Below, in pieces: positions 30,177 to 40,280 of a stretch of 64,000 nt of DNA. Within the stretch, counting starts at the first letter, position 1. Every line of letters begins with the position of its first letter. Origin of the DNA: Chloroflexota bacterium. Lineage in GTDB: Bacteria; Chloroflexota; UBA11872; VXOZ01. The notes under the pieces were generated by a model that saw only the letters and a list, made by a program, of their open reading frames with translations, did no database searches and had not been told where the DNA came from. Position numbers and translations under genes: made by a program. The stretch spans positions 13,089 to 77,088 of the forward strand of contig OZ253463.1 of assembly GCA_965261635.1 (NCBI GenBank). The letters run 5' to 3'.

Positions 30177-30426
30177 GGAAGCGCAGCTCTCACCCCTTGT
30201 AGCTGCGCGATCTTCCCAAATCGCCACTGCGCTTAGACGGCATACGCCGAATCTACGTAGTCCGTGACTGTACCTATACTCAGCTCTTGCCCGGGTCGGT
30301 GTATGCTTTTGGCGCCAAAGAGCGGGGGACAAGCCCCCGCGCTACGGCTAGTTAGCGGGGCTCGCCTTTGCGCAGGCAAGAGCCCATCAACCTAGTCCAG
30401 GCGCTTAGTATTAGCAACCAAAAAAG

Positions 30427-30462
30427 ACTCTCCTCCGCGCCACTGAGGACGCGGAGGAGAGC
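30427..30462 (-). terminator. intrinsic terminator of upstream SBP gene
   Basis: ctctcctccgcg...cgcggaggagag hairpin preceded by an A-run (U-tract on minus strand). Confidence 0.6.
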
Positions 30463-30493
30463 GGTTAGTCTACAAACCATGCGCCAAATGGGA

Positions 30494-31873
30494 TTACTTT
30501 AGTTCATCCGGACGCTCGCTCAAGACGGCGTTGGCGGCGTCTGCCGAGGCTTTCATCGCCTCCGGTACCGTCTTTTCGCCGGTGTACATCGGCACAAGCT
30601 CAGCACTGGCGGCCTTGCGCCATGCATCTACGTCCGGCGTGATGAAGAAGTCCCGGCCGTGCTGCTGCCATTGCTCAATGATAGGTGCGAAGTCCAAGTT
30701 AGGGAAGTTCTTCTGGAATTCACCGGTGACGCTCGCCAGGCCGGGATAGTTCTGGGTCGTCCAGAGCGTCTGTCCCACTTCACCGGATATGACCTTCATC
30801 ACCTCCCAGGCAGCGTCCGGTACCTTGCTCAGTCCCATAATAGACCAGGAGTTGCTGTGCACCTCTACCGTCCGCGCCGCGGGGCCGCTAGGAATGGCGG
30901 TCATGCCGAGGTCGTCGCCAATCTTTCCCACCACGTTTACGAGGGGATACATGTGGAAAGAGTCCATCGCGGCAACACCACTTCCCATCACCGAGCCGCC
31001 GCCCTGCGTCCGCAGTTCGCCCTGCTCCTCTCCCCAGGGAACGATCTTGTGCTTGAGGATGAAGTCCACGAATACCTGCGCGCCTCCAATGGCGAGTTGG
31101 TTCTCCCCATACACCACCATATCCCGCGCCTCATTCAAGACCTGGCCGCCATTGTTGAGGATAAAGGTGCCTAGTCCCACGTTTATCCCCCCGTAGCCGA
31201 AGTTGTAGCCCCATTGCTCGGTATCGTCACCCATGCGTTTGGTGAGCTTCGTCGCATTTGTGATGACATCGTCCCAGGTCCATTCGGGGGTGGGGTGCTC
31301 CATGCCCTCCTTATCGAAGATCGCCTTGTTGTAGAAGAGCAGTTCGCCGCTCACCTGGAACGGCAGCGCATAGAGCTTGTTCTTGAAGAGCCACGACGCC
31401 GTGTCCAGATACTCCTCACGCGCTATATAGTCCCTGGCCATTTGCTCGTCGAGCGACGCAAACGTGCCCCGTGCAGCGCCAACCTGCACCCAGTTGATTT
31501 GGTTTACGACAATATCGTAGGTTGACTGGCCGCCGGCGAACTCGGTCTGCAGCTTCTCCCACAGGTTGGTGCCCGGCGGGGTGATCACCAACTTGACGCG
31601 CTCACCTTGTAGGACGTCGTTTGAAGCGACTTCCATGTCGCCCAGGGTCTTGTTGCGCTCCTCGCCCAAGTTGTAGCAGGCCCATATGACTTCGGTGACT
31701 TCGGTCGCCTCGGGCGCCGCCTCTTTGGCTTCCGGCTCTGCGGCCTTAGGCGCTTCTTCCGGCGCCGCTACCGGCACCGCGCCACACGCCGCGAAGAAAG
31801 TACCGGCCATTGTCGTCGCCACAGCGAGGAAGCCACGCCTCGTGACAGAATTCGTCGCGCTTGCACGTCTCAT
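30494..31873 (-). CDS. ABC transporter solute-binding lipoprotein
   Basis: TRRGFL Tat motif, AAC lipobox, FYNKAIFD, WTWDD. Confidence 0.85.
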   Translation of the reverse strand: MRRASATNSVTRRGFLAVATTMAGTFFAACGAVPVAAPEEAPKAAEPEAKEAAPEATEVTEVIWACYNLGEERNKTLGDMEVASNDVLQGERVKLVITPPGTNLWEKLQTEFAGGQSTYDIVVNQINWVQVGAARGTFASLDEQMARDYIAREEYLDTASWLFKNKLYALPFQVSGELLFYNKAIFDKEGMEHPTPEWTWDDVITNATKLTKRMGDDTEQWGYNFGYGGINVGLGTFILNNGGQVLNEARDMVVYGENQLAIGGAQVFVDFILKHKIVPWGEEQGELRTQGGGSVMGSGVAAMDSFHMYPLVNVVGKIGDDLGMTAIPSGPAARTVEVHSNSWSIMGLSKVPDAAWEVMKVISGEVGQTLWTTQNYPGLASVTGEFQKNFPNLDFAPIIEQWQQHGRDFFITPDVDAWRKAASAELVPMYTGEKTVPEAMKASADAANAVLSERPDELK

Positions 31874-32181
31874 CGCTCACTACCTCCTGACAGATGCGGT
31901 CTGCCAACACAATATAGCGTGAGTATAGCCCTCTTATCTCACAGTGTCAAGAGTATGATTGCAAATAGAACCGGGGAATCTGATTAAGTAGTGTGCCAGG
32001 CCCTGTTGACATTTAATTTCATTACGAGGGAACGCGAAGAATCTCATGCGCTTGTGCGGCATTTACTGTCGCTTTGCTTCTCAGAGTGACAAGGAAAGCA
32101 TTTGAAAAAGATAAGACTTGCGTATGTGGTCGCTCGCCGCCCCGCGAAGCAGCAATACCTGACAGCAAATTAGGATGGATT

Positions 32182-32226
32182 TGCTAGACTCACAAACGAA
32201 GTGCAACACCATGCTAAGGTGTTGCC
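32182..32226 (+). mobile_element. isolated IS30 left-end fragment
   Basis: gctagactcacaaacgaagtgcaacaccatgctaaggtgttgcca matches 49903-49947. Confidence 0.8.
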
Positions 32227-32386
32227 AGAACCTAGTTACCGCTGTGCTTGATCCATATGCAGCGGTACGCTTGCCGTAAGGGGCCGGGCACTCGTAGCGG
32301 TAGCCAAGTGAACGCGCTCTTCTCCGCGCCACTGAGGACGCGGAGAAGAGCGCTGAGTCTGCAAACACTGCGCCAGACTAGGACTT

Positions 32387-32457
32387 ATTTAGAGATCATC
32401 CGGACGCTCGGCCATGACTGCGTCTGCAGCAGCTTTCAGTGCCTCCGGCACAGGGTG
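32387..32457 (-). pseudogene. 3' remnant of an SBP paralogue
   Basis: Translates PVPEALKAAADAVMAERPDDL*, matching VPEAMKASADAANAVLSERPDELK of 30494..31873; terminator hairpin also duplicated (32316-32352). Confidence 0.65.
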
Positions 32458-32591
32458 AGTATAGACCCGCCCCACTAGTGTCAAAAGTATAGGAGCAAAG
32501 AAGTGAGCGCAATCGATCAATTAGCCAATGCGAGAGCTAGGTACACGGCTCACCCACGGGAGGAACGCTAGAGAGGCTGACGCCCGCGGTG

Positions 32592-33464
32592 CTACGGGCT
32601 CGGGGTGGAATTGTCCTCCGAGCGCCCGTTGCCGTCGCGGATTAAGGCCATGAGGTTCTCGGCAGCTTGCGAGACCGTGACCGGCGTCTTCGCGTCGACA
32701 CCGCGTTGGCGTAGCTCGCCAAACAGTTCGCTCAGGATCGGCGGCGAGACATTAATTTCACGCAGCATCTCATCCTGCTCGAAGAGGTCTTCCACACAGT
32801 ACCGGCACACGATGCCGCGCTGCCCGTCCAGCACGTACACGCCGTCCGAAATCGCCGGGATCAGGTCCAGGTGATGCGTTGAGATGATGAGTGTCGTCCC
32901 GCGCTCGCGGTTGAGGGTGTTAAGCAGAGCGATAAGGTCGACGCGGGAGGCCGGATCGAGACCCTCGAACGGCTCGTCCAACACCAGCAAGTCAGGCTGC
33001 ATCACCAACGCGCCCGCCAGGGCCACGCGGCGCTTCTCCCCGGCCGAGAGGTAGTGGGGCACTTTGTCCTTGAGATGCGAAATGCGGAGTGTCTCCATGA
33101 CGGCGTCAGTCAGGCGTCGGACCTCATCCGACGGCAAGCCGTAGTTTCGCGGCGAAAATGAGACATCTTCCCAGACAGTCGGGGCCAGAATCTGGTATTC
33201 CACATTCTGCAAGACGACGCCGATGCGCTGACGGATCTTGGCGTAGTCCGCGGCAGGATCGTGACCCAACACCTCAACAGCACCGTTGCTTGGCCGCAGC
33301 ATGCCGAGCAATAACAGGAATAGCGTGCTCTTGCCCGCGCCGTTCGCCCCTACCACCGCCACGCGGTCTCCCGGCCAAATGGCAAGATCGCACCCCGCCA
33401 GGTCTACCTGCGTGCCGTCGGCATAGGCGTGACGGAGATTGTGAGTCTTGACGTGGGGCTGCAC
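32592..33464 (-). CDS. ECF/cobalt-type ABC transporter ATPase (CbiO/EcfA-like)
   Basis: GANGAGKST, LSAGEKRRVALAG, LVLDEP, STHH; start estimated. Confidence 0.85.
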   Translation of the reverse strand: MQPHVKTHNLRHAYADGTQVDLAGCDLAIWPGDRVAVVGANGAGKSTLFLLLLGMLRPSNGAVEVLGHDPAADYAKIRQRIGVVLQNVEYQILAPTVWEDVSFSPRNYGLPSDEVRRLTDAVMETLRISHLKDKVPHYLSAGEKRRVALAGALVMQPDLLVLDEPFEGLDPASRVDLIALLNTLNRERGTTLIISTHHLDLIPAISDGVYVLDGQRGIVCRYCVEDLFEQDEMLREINVSPPILSELFGELRQRGVDAKTPVTVSQAAENLMALIRDGNGRSEDNSTPSP

Positions 33465-33538
33465 GGTGACAATCCTAAAGATACAATCACATTCGCTCTT
33501 GTCATTATAGTACGCGTGGAATGGGTTTGGAAACGCAA

Positions 33539-35467
33539 AATTGAAAAGCGTGCAATACGGGAGCGCAGCATAGCAGCGCATTGCCACTGTTGGGATAGGG
33601 TGCCGTTTGCGGTGAAATGAGCAGTTGGCACAAAGAAGCCGAAATGCTCGAAGCAGGCATGGCTTGAGGTTCGGGCTAGTTCAAGCCAAGAGAGCGCGAA
33701 CCCAGGCGTCCCCATTGACCCAATAGCAATAGATTCCCCCAGAAGCCCAAATGACAAGCCTGGTATTCAAGGCTGCACTGCAAACCTCATCTTGGGTCCT
33801 TCAAGAAAGGGGAATAGGCCAAAATGCAACTTCATCAAAGCGATGGTCTCGGGCAGAACCACGCTCTTACCCGCGGATTTGACATTCTCTTGTGCAATGC
33901 TGCACAATCTTATTTTGGTGACGTGTTCGCATGCAAGGGCAAGGAGAATAATTGAATGGACATAAACACCTTGGTAAGTAGCATCACCCGTCGTAAGATC
34001 CTCGGTGGCTTTGCCGTCGGGGCCGGGGCCGTGCTCGCCGCAGCGTGCGGTGGCACGACTACCGCTATGCCTGCCGAAGAAAAGGCTGAGATGGCAGAGA
34101 AGGCCGAGCCCAAGGCCGAGACCGTGGCTCCTGTGGCCGAAGATGTCTCGATTCTCTATCTCACCTACACGCGGCCGGGCCGCAACGAGGCCGAGGCAGC
34201 GCTCTATGGCGCGTTCGAGGAAGCCAACCCCGGCATCAAGTTGGACATCAAGATCACTGATGGTGGCGGTCATGGAGTGCGCCAGAACATTCCGATTCTC
34301 TTCGCCGCTGGCACGCCGGTGGGTCTCTTCGAGAATACCTGGGGCACATGGCTGCAGTTCGTAGAAGGCGACCTCATCGTCTCCCTTACCCCGTTCATGA
34401 ATCGTGACGGGATCGATCCCTACGCTACCTTCATTGCAGAGGGTGTGGACTTTGTCTCCCACCAGGGCCAGACCTACGGCTTCCCGGCCAGCATGTCGGT
34501 CGACACGTGGGCGTACAACAAGACCCTCTTCGATACTGCGGGTCTGGAGTATCCGCCCACCGATCCAGACGATCCAAGCTGGACGATGGAGCGGTTCATC
34601 GACACTGCGGAGAAGCTCACCATCGGCACCGAGCAGTACGGCATGGGCCGGGGTTACACCGGTTTCAACACCTTTGGCATTGGTGACGGTACCTTCTTCG
34701 GCGGTCTGGCATGGGATGCCGAGAACCAAAAGGCGACCATGAACAACGAGCACTATCGCCAGGGCCAGAACTTCTGGGCAGACATCATCGACAAATTCCG
34801 CGTCATGCCGACGTCAGAGGAGCATGGCGCACTCACCGGCGGTAGGGCCGGTCACTACTTCTACTCCACCGGCGCCTTTGGCATGTCGGTGATGTTCGTG
34901 GTGCCGCCGGAAGCGGCCGAGGCTCCGTTCGACTGGGGTATCGGCGCGCTGCCGTACACGGGCGATCCGCCAAACCACTCCGGCCGTCACTACACGCACG
35001 CGACCTTCGTGGGCAACACCGATCACATCGATCAGACGTGGGAAGTGCTGAAGTGGCTGTTGGAGGGCGAGAACGGCCTTAGCTACCTCGAGCTGACCGG
35101 CCACGTAGTTACCCCGATGCTGCACCTCTTTGACAAGGCGAAAGCGCACTGGGAAGAAAAGCAAGGCGGCAAGGTGGACGCTTCTGCTTTCTTTGCCGAA
35201 GCGCAGCACACGCCGCAATCCGGCCACGGTATGCTGAAGTTCTCTAACTTCTTCGAGGTCAGAGACGTGCTCCAGCCGATCTACAACGAGATCCGCGCCC
35301 GCACGACAACACCAGAAGAATTCTTGCCCTTTGCCGACACCCACATCAACGAGAATCTCAAGGTCGAGTAGTACCGGCACCGGCTACCAGACGCTCACTT
35401 TCACGAGCGTTTGTAGGAGTTCGACAATAAAGGAGGGTCACCCAGTTGGGTGACCCTCCTTTGGTTT
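33539..35467 (+). repeat. tandem duplication unit, copy 1 (leader + SBP gene + terminator)
   Basis: Near-identical to 35751-37667. Confidence 0.9.
33956..35371 (+). CDS. ABC solute-binding lipoprotein, copy 1
   Basis: TRRKIL, AAC lipobox, YNKTLFD, WTME; aaggag RBS. Confidence 0.88.
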   Translation: MDINTLVSSITRRKILGGFAVGAGAVLAAACGGTTTAMPAEEKAEMAEKAEPKAETVAPVAEDVSILYLTYTRPGRNEAEAALYGAFEEANPGIKLDIKITDGGGHGVRQNIPILFAAGTPVGLFENTWGTWLQFVEGDLIVSLTPFMNRDGIDPYATFIAEGVDFVSHQGQTYGFPASMSVDTWAYNKTLFDTAGLEYPPTDPDDPSWTMERFIDTAEKLTIGTEQYGMGRGYTGFNTFGIGDGTFFGGLAWDAENQKATMNNEHYRQGQNFWADIIDKFRVMPTSEEHGALTGGRAGHYFYSTGAFGMSVMFVVPPEAAEAPFDWGIGALPYTGDPPNHSGRHYTHATFVGNTDHIDQTWEVLKWLLEGENGLSYLELTGHVVTPMLHLFDKAKAHWEEKQGGKVDASAFFAEAQHTPQSGHGMLKFSNFFEVRDVLQPIYNEIRARTTTPEEFLPFADTHINENLKVE

Positions 35468-35468
35468 A
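35428..35468 (+). terminator. intrinsic terminator
   Basis: aaaggagggtcaccca/tgggtgaccctccttt hairpin. Confidence 0.75.
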
Positions 35469-35520
35469 ACTCTTTGTACACACACGCCCTCATTGCAGGC
35501 TGACGGTTGCGCTTTTCGGT

Positions 35521-35746
35521 ATTAGTAGATTTTTGACTTGGGCCGTGCAGATAGGCGAGACATCGCGCGCACCTACACCCGAAGGGCTCCTCAGAGTGAG
35601 GAGCCCTTCGGCAGGCTCAGGATAAACTCCGCGACGAATAATCTAGAGTGCGGGGATTTCTAGATTCCTCGAACTCTGGTTCGCCGCTGCGCTTGGAACG
35701 ACAAGAACCGCTACCTCGCAAGGGCTTCAAGCCTAGGTCTACTAAT
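35521..35746. mobile_element. MITE-like element (~226 bp)
   Basis: Ends attagtaga...tctactaat; inverted homologue at 53328-53562. Confidence 0.7.
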
Positions 35747-35750
35747 TCCG

Positions 35751-37667
35751 AATTGAAAAGCGCGCAATACGGGAGCGCAGCATAGCAGCACATTGCTACC
35801 GTTGAGTAATGGTGCCGTGGGCAGTGAAATGAGCAGTTGGCACAAAGAAGCCGAAATCCTCGAAGCAGGCATGGCTTGAGGTTCGGGCTAGTTCAAGCCA
35901 AGAGAGCGCGAACCCAGGCGTCCCCATTGACCCAATAGCAATAGATTCCCCCAGAAGCCCAAATGACAAGCCTGGTATTCAAGGCTGCACTGCAAACCTC
36001 ATCTTGGGTCCTTCAAGAAAGGGGAATAGGCCAAAATGCAACTTCATCAAAGCGATGGTCTCGGGCAGAACCACGCTCTTACCCGCGGATTTGACATTCT
36101 CTTGTGCAATGCTGCACAATCTTATTTTGGTGACGTGTTCGCATGCAAGGGCAAGGAGAATAATTGAATGGACATAAACACCTTGGTAAGTAGCATCACC
36201 CGTCGTAAGATCCTCGGTGGCTTTGCCGTCGGGGCCGGGGCCGTGCTCGCCGCAGCGTGCGGTGGCACGACTACCGCTATGCCTGCCGAAGAAAAGGCTG
36301 AGATGGCAGAGAAGGCCGAGACCGTGGCTCCTGTGGCCGAAGATGTCTCGATTCTCTATCTCACCTACACGCGGCCGGCCCGCAACGAGGCCGAAACAGC
36401 GCTCTATGCCGCGTTCGAGGAAGCCAACCCCGGTATCAAGTTGGACCTCAAGATCGTTGATGGTGGCGGCACCGGCGTGCGCCAGAACATTCCGATTCTC
36501 TTCGCCGCTGGCACGCCGGTGGGCCTCTTCGAGAATACATGGGGCACCTGGCTGCAGTTCGTGGAAGGAGACCTCATCGTCTCCCTTACCCCGTTCATGA
36601 ATCGTGACGGGGTCGATCCCTACGCTACCTTCATTGCCGAGGGTGTGGACTTCGTCTCCCACCGGGGAGAGACCTACGGCTTCCCGGCCAGCATGTCGGT
36701 GGACACGTGGGCGTACAACAAGACCCTCTTTGAGACTGCGGGTCTGGAGTATCCGCCCACCGATCCAGACGATCCAAGCTGGACGATGGAGCGGTTCATC
36801 GACTCCGCTGAGAAGCTCACCAACGGCACCGAGCAGTTTGGCATGGGCCGGGGTTACACCGGTTTCAACACCTTTGGCATTGGTGACGGTACCTTCTTCG
36901 GCGGTCTGGCATGGGATGCCGAGAACCAGAAGGCGACCATGAACAACGAGCACTATCGCCAGGGCCAGAACTTCTGGATCGACATCGTCGACAAGTTCCA
37001 CGTCATGCCGACCTCAGAGGAACATGGTAACCTCACTGGCGGCAGGACCGGTCACTACTTCTACTCCACCGGCGCCTTTGGCATGTCGGTGATGTACGTG
37101 GTGCCGCCGGAAGCGGCCGAGGCTCCGTTCGATTGGGGTATTGGCGCGCTGCCGTACACGGGCGATCCGCCAAACCACTCCGGCCGCCACTACACGCACG
37201 CGACCTTCGTGGGCAACACCGACCATGTCGATCAGACGTGGGAAGTGCTGAAATGGCTGCTGGACGGCGAGAACGGCCTTAGCTATCTCGAGCTGACCGG
37301 CCACGTGGTGACCCCCATGCTGCACCTCTTCGACAAGGCGAAAGCGCACTTTGAAGAGAAGCATAGCGGCACTGTAGACGGCACGGCGTTCTTCCTGGAA
37401 GCCCAGCACACGCCGCAGTCCGGCCACGGCATGCTCAAGTATGCAAACTTCTACGAAATCAACGATGTCTTGGGCCCGCAGTATGCGGCCGTAAAGAATC
37501 GCGAGAATACCGTAGAAGAGTTCCTGCCGATTGCTGAGAACTACATCAACGAGAACCTCAGGGTCGAGTAGGAACGGCAACGGCTACCAGACGCTCACTT
37601 TCACGAGCGTTTGTAGGAGTTCGACAATGAAGGAGGGGCACCCACTGGGTGACCCTCCTCTGGTTTA
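35751..37667 (+). repeat. tandem duplication unit, copy 2
   Basis: Near-identical to 33539-35467. Confidence 0.9.
36168..37571 (+). CDS. ABC solute-binding lipoprotein, copy 2
   Basis: Paralogue of 33956..35371; lacks a 4-aa linker repeat and has a divergent C-terminus. Confidence 0.88.
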   Translation: MDINTLVSSITRRKILGGFAVGAGAVLAAACGGTTTAMPAEEKAEMAEKAETVAPVAEDVSILYLTYTRPARNEAETALYAAFEEANPGIKLDLKIVDGGGTGVRQNIPILFAAGTPVGLFENTWGTWLQFVEGDLIVSLTPFMNRDGVDPYATFIAEGVDFVSHRGETYGFPASMSVDTWAYNKTLFETAGLEYPPTDPDDPSWTMERFIDSAEKLTNGTEQFGMGRGYTGFNTFGIGDGTFFGGLAWDAENQKATMNNEHYRQGQNFWIDIVDKFHVMPTSEEHGNLTGGRTGHYFYSTGAFGMSVMYVVPPEAAEAPFDWGIGALPYTGDPPNHSGRHYTHATFVGNTDHVDQTWEVLKWLLDGENGLSYLELTGHVVTPMLHLFDKAKAHFEEKHSGTVDGTAFFLEAQHTPQSGHGMLKYANFYEINDVLGPQYAAVKNRENTVEEFLPIAENYINENLRVE

Positions 37668-37784
37668 CCTCAATGCAACTCTTGGTCTTGATAAATCCCT
37701 GTGCTCCGCGGCCTAACTGCCAGCCCCGTCGCGTCGAAGGATTAGCACCTGCGCTGGCCTGCCCGCACTAAGCAAGCCTCACCT

Positions 37785-38891
37785 TCAAAACAGCGCCACC
37801 TCTTGGGGAATGGTCCCCAGTCGCTGGAAGCCGTCGGCCTTCAGCACGTAAATGTCCTCCACGAGCCAGGAGGATTCCAGGGCGGATACATTATTCTCCT
37901 CAAACGTAATTTCCGGTTTAACCTCCAGGCTATGCGGCAACAAGCTGCCGAGTTGCGGTTCCTCGTGCACCTCCATGCCGACCCCGTGAATCCACCACAT
38001 GTACTCTTCGACATTCTTGAATTCTGCCCGGCAAGCGGCAAAGACCTCGCGTTTGCTCATACCGGGTCGGATGAAGTTTTCCATGAATATCTGGCGATCG
38101 CGGTGTTCTTGCCAAACGGCATAACTCTCCTTGAGCGGCGTGCCCAGGCAGAAATTAAACTTCTGGTCGGAAAAGTAGCCGCCGGCCACCGCTGAGTAGT
38201 CAACACGGTAGACCAACCCCTCTTCAACGACTTCCGGCCCGCGCACGAGCACGGAATCCGGCTGCTTGTACTGGCCCCGGCGCGGCACCATCCAGGATAT
38301 GGGGGCGGCATAGACGGGAAGCGCGTCGTGTTTGAGCACCGTTGCGGCCCAGACATTGTTCAGGTCCCGGAAGGAGATGCCGGCTCGTATCTCCTTCTGC
38401 ATCTCCCTGTATCCAGCCTCGGAGGCAGCGACGGCCTTCTCTATCCAAGCTAGCTCCCGCGGCGTCTTCATACTGCGCGCCCGCGCCAACAGCATGTCCG
38501 CAGCCTCGAACTGCACGTTTGGCAGGAGTTCTCGGAGCTTTGCCAGGTCGCTTATCGCAGCATAGTCCATGTCGAGACCCACCCGCGCCTGCCCAAGTTT
38601 TCGCGCCTGTATCTCCTCGGCCACGACCTGGAGTCGCGCGTCCCGCGTCTGGTCCGGCCGAAATCGGTCGAGCGGCATGTCGAAATCCGCCATGCGGCTG
38701 CCGCCGATCGCAAACGACTTGTCCGGCGGCGCGATGCACGTCATCCATGCGCCCAGGCCCTGCGGCTCGTTCAGCCACGGCTCTTCCGTAACATCTCCTG
38801 CTAAGTAGGCGCAGTTGCGCATGCCGAGCGTGAGCAACGCATCCAGACCCTGCTCTTCCATGAGCCGTGTGATCAAAGGAAAGTCAGCCAT
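37785..38891 (-). CDS. M24-family (Xaa-Pro/creatinase-like) peptidase
   Basis: ARSMKTPREL, VD.S....GYFSD, HGVGMEVHEEP, LE...VED. Confidence 0.8.
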   Translation of the reverse strand: MADFPLITRLMEEQGLDALLTLGMRNCAYLAGDVTEEPWLNEPQGLGAWMTCIAPPDKSFAIGGSRMADFDMPLDRFRPDQTRDARLQVVAEEIQARKLGQARVGLDMDYAAISDLAKLRELLPNVQFEAADMLLARARSMKTPRELAWIEKAVAASEAGYREMQKEIRAGISFRDLNNVWAATVLKHDALPVYAAPISWMVPRRGQYKQPDSVLVRGPEVVEEGLVYRVDYSAVAGGYFSDQKFNFCLGTPLKESYAVWQEHRDRQIFMENFIRPGMSKREVFAACRAEFKNVEEYMWWIHGVGMEVHEEPQLGSLLPHSLEVKPEITFEENNVSALESSWLVEDIYVLKADGFQRLGTIPQEVALF

Positions 38892-38918
38892 GTGTTTCTG
38901 CTCCGTGTTATGCCGGCT

Positions 38919-40280
38919 TCACGCGTTAGTATTGGAAATCGGCAGGCGCGCGGTTGCGCTAACACCGGCTGCGCCGCGATCCAAAGCGCTCACCTGCACC
39001 CACAATTTGGCCGGCAGAGTGTCGCCGTCCATCTCCACCGGGATGCGCACACGCTCCAACCCCGGCACGGGCGCAATTGCATGGCCCAGTTGGCGACGGA
39101 TTAGTATGTTGGGCTCTTCCATGGTGGCCGCGGGATCGGCCGGCGTGAGGGGATCGCCGGTGTACACGACCGCCAGCGCCCGCTTTATGTCAACCACGCC
39201 GCTATTCTCCACTGCCACGTCCAGAATAGGCCGTCCGGCGTCGCGTCGGAGCGCGCACTGTTCCGCGCGGACCTCAAGCCTGCGGCAGAGCTGCTCCGGC
39301 CGCAAGGAAACTCCCGCGTGGGCGTCCACAATCCCGTGACCCAGCCAGGGGTCCCAGCCCTCGCCCCGTGCCGTGTTACGTAGAATCTGGCGGATTTCCT
39401 CGTTAGAAAACTGTGGATACTGAGAGAAGAGAAGCGCGGCGACGCCCGCGCCGAAGCCGTTCGCCATACACCCTCCGTGAAACGATACGTACTCGCCGTT
39501 GCCGCCCGTGCCCCAAATGGTGTCACGGGGGTCATCCGTACCCTCGCCACTGGGAGCGGCGAATTCGGTATACGCGGTAGCGGGGGCAATACTGGCCGCT
39601 CTCCCGTGCCGGTTGGTAGAACCCACAGGGATTGAACTGTCAACGGCAGAGATGGGTGATACCATGCGGCGGCCGCGATTGTCGCCAGCACCGCGAAATA
39701 CCAAACAACCGGCGTCATATGCCCTGTCGAAGGCGTCGATGAGCGCGGGATTCTCGGTGGGATAGGTAAAATCAGTCCCTTGGTGGAACAGCGATTCACC
39801 GGATTCCCTATTCTTGGCAATGTAACAGTGGGAGAGCACGATGATCCGTGCGCCGTGGGCAACCGCATAGTCAATTGCACGCACCCAGCCGCCCTGATTG
39901 GTGCGATTATACGCAGCCCGCAGCGTCATGATGCGACAGTCAGGCGCAACCGCGGCAATCTCTCCCACGAGAAACGACCCGTGATCGCGGAAGTAGTGCT
40001 TCGTGGCATCGTATGGCGGGCCTTCGTACTCCAATGTGGCGTCCTCCTGGTCGAAGTCCCAGCCGTGCACGTCGCCGCGCAGCGGACGGGGATTGACCCA
40101 CAGGTGGCCCGCATGGTCCGGATGGTAGTGGTAGGCAATGTCGATAACGGCCACGATGACGTCCTTGCTGCCGCGCGTGACGGCATGCGCTTCCGGCACC
40201 CGCATCTGCTCGAGCGCCCAGTCATAGGGCGCGGTTACACCCTGGGGCAGTCCGTTCTTGCTCAATAGCGTAACTACCAT
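38919..40280 (-). CDS. S8 subtilase homologue with Cys at the catalytic Ser position
   Basis: VAVID (Asp), DVHGWDF, DHGS (His), GAGDN, AAPSG, FHGGCMANGFGAGVAALL, GHGIVDA. Confidence 0.8.
   Translation of the reverse strand: MVVTLLSKNGLPQGVTAPYDWALEQMRVPEAHAVTRGSKDVIVAVIDIAYHYHPDHAGHLWVNPRPLRGDVHGWDFDQEDATLEYEGPPYDATKHYFRDHGSFLVGEIAAVAPDCRIMTLRAAYNRTNQGGWVRAIDYAVAHGARIIVLSHCYIAKNRESGESLFHQGTDFTYPTENPALIDAFDRAYDAGCLVFRGAGDNRGRRMVSPISAVDSSIPVGSTNRHGRAASIAPATAYTEFAAPSGEGTDDPRDTIWGTGGNGEYVSFHGGCMANGFGAGVAALLFSQYPQFSNEEIRQILRNTARGEGWDPWLGHGIVDAHAGVSLRPEQLCRRLEVRAEQCALRRDAGRPILDVAVENSGVVDIKRALAVVYTGDPLTPADPAATMEEPNILIRRQLGHAIAPVPGLERVRIPVEMDGDTLPAKLWVQVSALDRGAAGVSATARLPISNTNA

Noticed and set aside
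33767-37001. Long antisense ORFs 33767..34753 and 35979..37001
   Set aside because: Shadow frames of GC-rich SBP genes, duplicated only because the locus is.
33956-37571. Diversity-generating retroelement (TR/VR pair)
   Set aside because: No reverse transcriptase; differences are not adenine-specific; both copies are full genes.
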